64,000 nt of DNA, taken from NCBI GenBank assembly GCA_965248925.1, contig CBDFLE010000006.1:3136001-3200000 (forward strand). The letters are read 5' to 3'. The notes under the pieces are model-generated. The model was given only the letters and a program-made list of their open reading frames with translations. It did not search any database and was not told the DNA's origin. This DNA comes from Candidatus Multivoradales bacterium. GTDB lineage: Bacteria > Acidobacteriota > Thermoanaerobaculia > Multivoradales > J023. This document shows positions 58,780 through 64,000 of the stretch, piece by piece (within the stretch, counting starts at the first letter, position 1; each line of letters begins with the position of its first letter). Both the position numbers and the translations under genes were made by a program.

Positions 58780-61587
58780 ATGGAAGGGACCACCCTGGGT
58801 CCGTATCGCCTCGAGAAGCGGCTAGGTGCTGGTGGTATGGGGGAGGTCTTCAAGGCGCATGACGACCGTCTGGGTCGATCAGTGGCGATCAAGAGGATCC
58901 TGCCCACTAAGCAGCAAAGTGCCGGTTTTCGTCAGCGTTTGCTAAGGGAAGCACGGGCTATTGCCCAGCTTAATCACCCGGCGATCGTTCAGATCTACGA
59001 CATCTTCCAAGACGGTGATAGCGACTGCATCGTCATGGAGTTTGTCGAGGGACAGCGCCTCGATAAGCTGATCCGCGAGAGCCGGCTCGACTTGGAAACG
59101 GTGTTGCGTTGCGGCAAAGAAATTGCGAGTGGGCTTGCTGAAGCCCATTCCAAGGGAATCCTGCATCGTGATCTGAAGACTGAGAATGTCCTGCTGAGCG
59201 CCGCCGGTGACGCCAAGCTGCTGGATTTCGGCTTGGCTCGCCCCCTCCGACCGACAGAGTTCGACGCCTCGCTCACCGCCCACGACCAGATGGTCGGCAC
59301 CAGCCGAACCTTGTCTCCCGAGTACGCCAGCGGCGACGAGATCGACCATCGCTCGGACCTTTTCCAGTTGGGAGTGCTGCTCTACGAAGCTTGTACCGGC
59401 AGCTCACCGTTCAAGGCCCAGAACACCCTCGCCACCCTCAAGCGAGTGATTCTGCACACCCAGGCACCGGTGGCGATGTTGCGCCCCGAGGTGCCGCCAG
59501 AGTTGTCGGAACTGATCGACAGGTTGTTGGAGAAGGACCCTGAGGATAGGCCGCAGAGCGCAGCCGAAGTGGCCGAGGAGCTGGCTCTGATGTTCGGCTC
59601 CACCACTTCGTCGGAATCGATGGTGCGCAGCAACCAGTATCGGCGGCCCTCGCGACTGACAGCGGTGCTTGCTGTGCGTCGGGGAACGTTTTGGCTCGCT
59701 GCTCTGGCCATGCTGCTGCTGGCGCTGGGGATAGGGTTTTACTTCGTTGGCGGGCGAGCCGGTCGCGAGCAACAAGGACCGGGCTTACTGCAGGCCAAGG
59801 ATTCGGTGGTGCTGGCGCATCTCGACAACCGTACCGGCGACGCGGATCTCGATCACTCCGTCGGCACCGCGTTGCGGGTGGGGCTCAATCAGTCTCGTTT
59901 TGCTTATGTGCTGCCGCCGGAGCGGGTAGCCGACGCTCTGGATCGGATGGAGCGGCAGCCGGGCTCGAGAATCGATCGCCAACTCGGCATCGAAATTTGC
60001 CAGCGGGAGGCCTCGAAGGCTCTGGTGAGCGGCAGTGTGGTCAAGGTGGGTGACAACTACAAGATCAGTGTTGAGCTGATCGACCCCGGCAATCAGCGTA
60101 GCGTGTTTACCTTCTCGGCCCCTGCCGAAGGGCGAGACGGGATCCTCAACGCGGTCGAGCTGGCGGCACGGGCCCTGCGCGCCAACCTAGGCGAGTCCTT
60201 GGCGACGATCAAAGAGAGCGCCCTGCCCTTGGAGAAGGTAACCACCCCCCATTTGCAGGCCCTTGAAGCCTACTCGCTGGCCGCCAGACATCATCTGCAG
60301 GGTGATCCCGAGGCCGCTATCCTGCTGCTCGAAGAAGCGCTTGAGATCGACCCCGGCTTTGCCATGGCGCACGCTCGCCTGGGTACTATTTATCGCAATT
60401 TGCAGCGCGGAGGGGAACTCGCCCCGAGGCATTTCGAGCGGGCCTTGGAGCTGCATGACCGACTGGCTCCCCTGGAGCGGCTCTATGTCGAAGGTTGGGT
60501 GGCCTCAACCCAGGGGGAACCGGGTGAGATGGTGCGGATCTGGTCGCTGATGAGTTCTCTTTACCCGCAACACGACTCCGGGCACTACAACCTGGGGATG
60601 GTCTACTGGCAGTTCCAGAATCAGTACCAGATGGCCGCAGAAGCCTTGCGCGAAGCCAGCGAGCTGGTCAATAACAGTCGCCGCTACCAGGCGATGATGA
60701 TGTACGGCTACTGTCAGCTGGCACTCGGTGAGCGTGAGGGTGCTCTGGTCAGCTTCGAAGAGGCCCGGCAGCAGCAGACGGACCAACCTGTGGCGGCTCT
60801 TGCCTTGGTAGATGCCTACCTTGCCGAGCGTCGTTACGACCCAGCGCGGCAGCTGGCGGAGAGGGTGGTTCGAGAGACCGCCGATCAGTGGCAGGTTCAG
60901 GCCAAGCTGCGTCTAGCTTTGTTGGAGATGGACCGGGGCCGTTTTCCAGCTGCCCTTGATCGGTTGACCGAGGTGATTGCCCAAGCCGAAGCGACGGGGC
61001 TCGCGCGGCCGGCCCTGGTCGCTCGCCTGGCTCGTATCGCCGTGCTCGAGATCGAAGGCGATCGGGATAGCTTCGCGCGCGAATTGGACATCTCGATCTC
61101 CTCCGCTCGCCAGCTGTTGGGCACCGAGAGCGCCGTGCTGAGCTCCTCTCCAACTACTTTGCTGGTGATGCTCGGCAAGCTTGGCTTACGCCATGGATCG
61201 GCTGAACAAGCACGGCAGATTTTCGGCTGGCTAGCGCCGCTGGCCGAAGAGACCGGATATGCGCTGCGCCGGGCCTACGTCAAGATCCTGGAAGGCGAGA
61301 TTCTAGCTTTTGAAGGACAGGTGCAGCTGGCTGACGAGCGTTTGCGCGAGGCGATCACTATCGCCGAGCCGATTCAGGCGCACGAAAGTCTGGCCCGTCT
61401 ATGGATGGCGGCGGGCCAAGAAGAGACCGCGGCGATCCACTTTGCTTGGCTGCGCCAGCACCGCTCACGCGCCTTTGTCGAGTGTGTCGGCTATTGCTTT
61501 GGTCGTGAACTCAATGTCTTGGCCTTGCAGCAGGCCGAGGAATGGCGGCCGCTGACAGCGAATGAAGCGGGATCGGACACCGACTAA
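58780..61587 (+). CDS. Hanks-type Ser/Thr kinase with one TM helix, a TolB_N-like domain and TPRs (peptide-system receptor-like)
   Basis: GAGGMG, VAIK, HRDLKTEN, DFG and SPE motifs; TM 'FWLAALAMLLLALGIGFYFV'; then 'VVLAHLDNRTGD..LD' and TPRs. Confidence 0.9.
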   Translation: MEGTTLGPYRLEKRLGAGGMGEVFKAHDDRLGRSVAIKRILPTKQQSAGFRQRLLREARAIAQLNHPAIVQIYDIFQDGDSDCIVMEFVEGQRLDKLIRESRLDLETVLRCGKEIASGLAEAHSKGILHRDLKTENVLLSAAGDAKLLDFGLARPLRPTEFDASLTAHDQMVGTSRTLSPEYASGDEIDHRSDLFQLGVLLYEACTGSSPFKAQNTLATLKRVILHTQAPVAMLRPEVPPELSELIDRLLEKDPEDRPQSAAEVAEELALMFGSTTSSESMVRSNQYRRPSRLTAVLAVRRGTFWLAALAMLLLALGIGFYFVGGRAGREQQGPGLLQAKDSVVLAHLDNRTGDADLDHSVGTALRVGLNQSRFAYVLPPERVADALDRMERQPGSRIDRQLGIEICQREASKALVSGSVVKVGDNYKISVELIDPGNQRSVFTFSAPAEGRDGILNAVELAARALRANLGESLATIKESALPLEKVTTPHLQALEAYSLAARHHLQGDPEAAILLLEEALEIDPGFAMAHARLGTIYRNLQRGGELAPRHFERALELHDRLAPLERLYVEGWVASTQGEPGEMVRIWSLMSSLYPQHDSGHYNLGMVYWQFQNQYQMAAEALREASELVNNSRRYQAMMMYGYCQLALGEREGALVSFEEARQQQTDQPVAALALVDAYLAERRYDPARQLAERVVRETADQWQVQAKLRLALLEMDRGRFPAALDRLTEVIAQAEATGLARPALVARLARIAVLEIEGDRDSFARELDISISSARQLLGTESAVLSSSPTTLLVMLGKLGLRHGSAEQARQIFGWLAPLAEETGYALRRAYVKILEGEILAFEGQVQLADERLREAITIAEPIQAHESLARLWMAAGQEETAAIHFAWLRQHRSRAFVECVGYCFGRELNVLALQQAEEWRPLTANEAGSDTD

Positions 61588-62822
61588 CCACCAGAACCCG
61601 TGGGCTGGCCGCGCAAGGCCAGCGTCGGCCGAGAGTCCTCAGCCGCTGCCGGCACTCCACAGCCACAAACCGCGATGGAACCTTCCATGGCAGGCTCCAG
61701 GCCGAGTTCTTGCTCGACGTTGGCGCCGTTGATGGCGGCGCTAAAGAAAGCTCCCAAGCCCAGCTCGGCGGCTACCAGGTAGAAGGTCTGGCTGAGGTGG
61801 GCGGCGTCCATCAGGACCACCCCATAGGTCTTGGCACTGTCGCCATATTTCCAGAAATTGCGTCGAAAGCGGGCGGTCAGAAACACCAGCACCTGGGCCC
61901 CAGAGGGAAAAGACTGGCCCGCGGTTAGTTGGTCGGCTAGTTGTTCTACCCGTTCTGGCGCCAAGGCTCGTACCAAGCTCAGTCCGTGCTGGCCAGTGTT
62001 GTAGTGGTAGAAGCCGGCAGCCAAGTCTTCGACGTCGCGGACCAGGGGATAGGCTTCTATGGGATGCAGCGCGCCGCCTGAAGGACTGGTCTTGTGTAGC
62101 ACCTCGAAATCGGCCGACAGCCTCGAGCTACCGTGGCAGCCGAAGACCTGGAACAGCAAGGTAGATAGATCTTGCAGCCGTAAAGAGCGCCGAGGATTGA
62201 AGCGGCGAGTGGTTCTGCGCTGAGCTAGCAGGCGGTAGAACGGGCGATCAGTCTCGGCTGTCGGTAGGGGTTCAGGAGATGCCGCGTTGGTCGGCTGGTG
62301 AAACGCTGTTGGCGCTACCCCGCGCTGGGCGGCGAATTCGGTGAATAGCCGCTCGTTGTTGCGGACCAGCTGGTTTTGCTCGTCCTCATCATTCGGCACT
62401 CCCAAGTCTTGATCTCGCCAGCGGTTCATGAAGTGGTAGAGCGCCGCCTGGGCTGGCCAGCCGGCCTCCCCGATGCGCTGATCGCGCTCGCGAAGAGCCG
62501 TTGGGCCGGGCTCCTCCTGGTCGCTGAGTAGCAGCCCAATATCGATCAACTTGGCGATCAGCTGTGGCTTGGCAGCGGTTCGTTCGAGCAGCAGGTCGAC
62601 CGCAAGCCACTGGTCGCGGGGTACGCTCAGCAGTAGCTCGACTTCGCTGGTAGTGATGCAGTGGCGGGTCGAAGTAAGCAGCGAAAGAGCTTGCAACTCA
62701 GTCTGAGAGCGCAGCTCGACCGCGCCGCGGAGCAGAGCCCCGAGATCGACGACCTGCTGGTCCGCGAGTTCGAAGAACAGGTTGCGAGGCCGCTTGACGC
62801 GCAGTGTCGATTCTTCTGTCAT
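61584..62822 (-). CDS. SagB-related FMN-dependent putative peptide maturation dehydrogenase
   Basis: Nitroreductase-fold motifs 'LLAQRRTTRRF', 'KTSPSGGALHPIEAYPLV', 'ARFRRNFWKY' and 'MDAAHLSQTFYL', plus an N-terminal extension of about 170 aa. Confidence 0.88.
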   Translation of the reverse strand: MTEESTLRVKRPRNLFFELADQQVVDLGALLRGAVELRSQTELQALSLLTSTRHCITTSEVELLLSVPRDQWLAVDLLLERTAAKPQLIAKLIDIGLLLSDQEEPGPTALRERDQRIGEAGWPAQAALYHFMNRWRDQDLGVPNDEDEQNQLVRNNERLFTEFAAQRGVAPTAFHQPTNAASPEPLPTAETDRPFYRLLAQRRTTRRFNPRRSLRLQDLSTLLFQVFGCHGSSRLSADFEVLHKTSPSGGALHPIEAYPLVRDVEDLAAGFYHYNTGQHGLSLVRALAPERVEQLADQLTAGQSFPSGAQVLVFLTARFRRNFWKYGDSAKTYGVVLMDAAHLSQTFYLVAAELGLGAFFSAAINGANVEQELGLEPAMEGSIAVCGCGVPAAAEDSRPTLALRGQPTGSGG

Positions 62823-62933
62823 GGGTCAATTTGGCCCCTGGACCGACCCGCGGGATAGCTGTATCGAGAGCTTCGAGGTCGGTATTCGACCCGTGTTTGG
62901 CCTTCTCGCAGATGCACGATGCCCAGATACAAC

Positions 62934-62979
62934 AAACCCCCCAGACTCGTACTCAACCGTAGCTGGAGTCGGGGGGTTT
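62934..62979 (-). terminator. Stem-loop or terminator just downstream of the precursor peptide gene
   Basis: AAACCCCCC(A)GACTC ... GAGTCGGGGGGTTT inverted repeat, followed by a T-rich stretch on the minus strand. Confidence 0.6.
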
Positions 62980-62992
62980 TCGGGACTGACGG

Positions 62993-63292
62993 TCAGTGTA
63001 CGAGCGAATCGTCCGTCAGGAAAGGAACCCAGGGCAAGATTCGACGCCGACTGGAAGCCGACAAATCCTTGACCCCAGCCGCCAGTTCGGCGCTGCCCGG
63101 CAAGGTGACACTCTGCGGAATGTCCGCCGGATCGACGATCAGTCCGAGCTGCGCGAAGGCAGCTGAAGGATCCTCTCGCAGCTGAGTTCTAAAAGTTGGG
63201 TTGTGGTGGACTTGCCGCAGTAGCTCGAGCTGCCGCTGTGGCAAAGGGTCGCTGGATAGCGAGCTTCTTAAGTGGGAATTCGCCAGACGCAC
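62993..63292 (-). CDS. NHLP-related RiPP precursor peptide (about 99 aa)
   Basis: GTG 63292 follows AAAGGGGG. Leader 'LELLRQVHHNPTFRTQLREDPSAAFAQLGL.V....IP..VTLP' is typical of nitrile-hydratase-like leader peptides. Lies directly upstream of the SagB-like gene. Confidence 0.75.
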   Translation of the reverse strand: MRLANSHLRSSLSSDPLPQRQLELLRQVHHNPTFRTQLREDPSAAFAQLGLIVDPADIPQSVTLPGSAELAAGVKDLSASSRRRILPWVPFLTDDSLVH

Positions 63293-63534
63293 TCCAAGGC
63301 CCCCCTTTGGGTCAATGGCGATTAGGGAAGTGTATTCGTCCTCAGTAAAGCACCGGATGGTCGAGGATCGAAGCGATAGTAAAATTGCACTTTCTCGGTT
63401 GGGTAGGCTATCAAATGTCTCGGCCAAGAAGCGATAGCCCAGTAGAAATTGGCCAGAGCGAAAACATCGACCAAGAATAGGAGGCTAGACAGTGAAAATG
63501 GGCTCTCCCCCCTTCCACCGGTGGTGGCTGGCCC

Positions 63535-63744
63535 TCAGCAGGACTTGATTTCTGCCCAGGAGGCACAGACTTTGCGGATTTCACCAGGGTCGGCGCGGTC
63601 TAGAGCATCGGCAGTGAAGGCGCGGATTTCAGCGTCTTCGATGCCGGATTGGCGCATCGCCTGCCGAATCGCGCTGACCCAAGCGAATGGGTTGTGGCTG
63701 CTCAAACAAATTTCAATGTCGGGGTATCGCGGGTTCATCAGCAT
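63535..63744 (-). CDS. Small hypothetical protein
   Basis: 'NPFAWVSAIRQAMRQSGIEDAEIRAFTADAL...CASW' is a compact helical pattern that recalls small phage-associated proteins. Function unknown. Confidence 0.55.
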   Translation of the reverse strand: MLMNPRYPDIEICLSSHNPFAWVSAIRQAMRQSGIEDAEIRAFTADALDRADPGEIRKVCASWAEIKSC

Positions 63745-64000
63745 TCTTGGCGCCTCGTCTAACAAGTTAGACGCTTGAAGGCTGGAATTCGTTCCGTATG
63801 CCTTGGTGATTTTTCAGATTCCGTGGTCTTCCAGGGCCGCCTGAGAAAAAAAGGTGCAAGACTGATTCCAGGCGCTGGGTAGTGTCAGGCAGCAACAGCG
63901 GCGCGGAGAGCGTATGCCGGGGTTGACGATCCATGTCCTCCGGATGGGGCGGTTGAGAGGGCGGCTGGGTTATCCTAGATTCCCCGGTGCCAAAGGTGGG

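Noticed and set aside
58780-61587. Kinase as a lanthipeptide synthetase (LanKC/LanL)
   Set aside because: No lyase or LanC-like cyclase domain. It has a TM helix followed by TPRs, which is a receptor layout.
61584-63292. Classical thiazole/oxazole-modified microcin cluster
   Set aside because: No YcaO or E1-like cyclodehydratase in the window, and the core lacks Cys.
63293-63427. Longer 144-aa start for the precursor given in the ORF track
   Set aside because: The extension is AT-rich, promoter-like sequence. GTG 63292 has an RBS-like motif and gives a typical NHLP length.

Overview
High-GC bacterial chromosomal window, most likely Acidobacteriota (Thermoanaerobaculia-like). This is inferred from the CRTAC1+TPR pair, several PQQ-type propellers, a 'DGFETGDTSAW' motif and a Hanks kinase-TPR protein. 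It holds about 40 genes: housekeeping (prfA, prmC, ptrB, tag, nhaA, tamA/tamB), many secreted or envelope proteins, two type II toxin-antitoxin pairs, and a decaying Rhs toxin/immunity locus with an IS6-like scar. Several other genes are broken. I saw no rRNA, tRNA or CRISPR array. The best candidate for a new system is at 58.8-63.3 kb: an NHLP-like precursor peptide and a SagB-like FMN dehydrogenase converge on a membrane Ser/Thr kinase-TPR protein. This looks like a kinase-output version of the Xanthomonas-type 'peptide modification cyclase' RiPP system, possibly for peptide signalling. Other highlights: an 11-bp repeat that builds a chain of ATGA-coupled MKPE* mini-ORFs in front of a VapC lacking its first Asp, and an intact 2-oxoacid dehydrogenase E1 fusion that has lost its cofactor motifs. 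All family calls are by eye from translated motifs; no searches were run.
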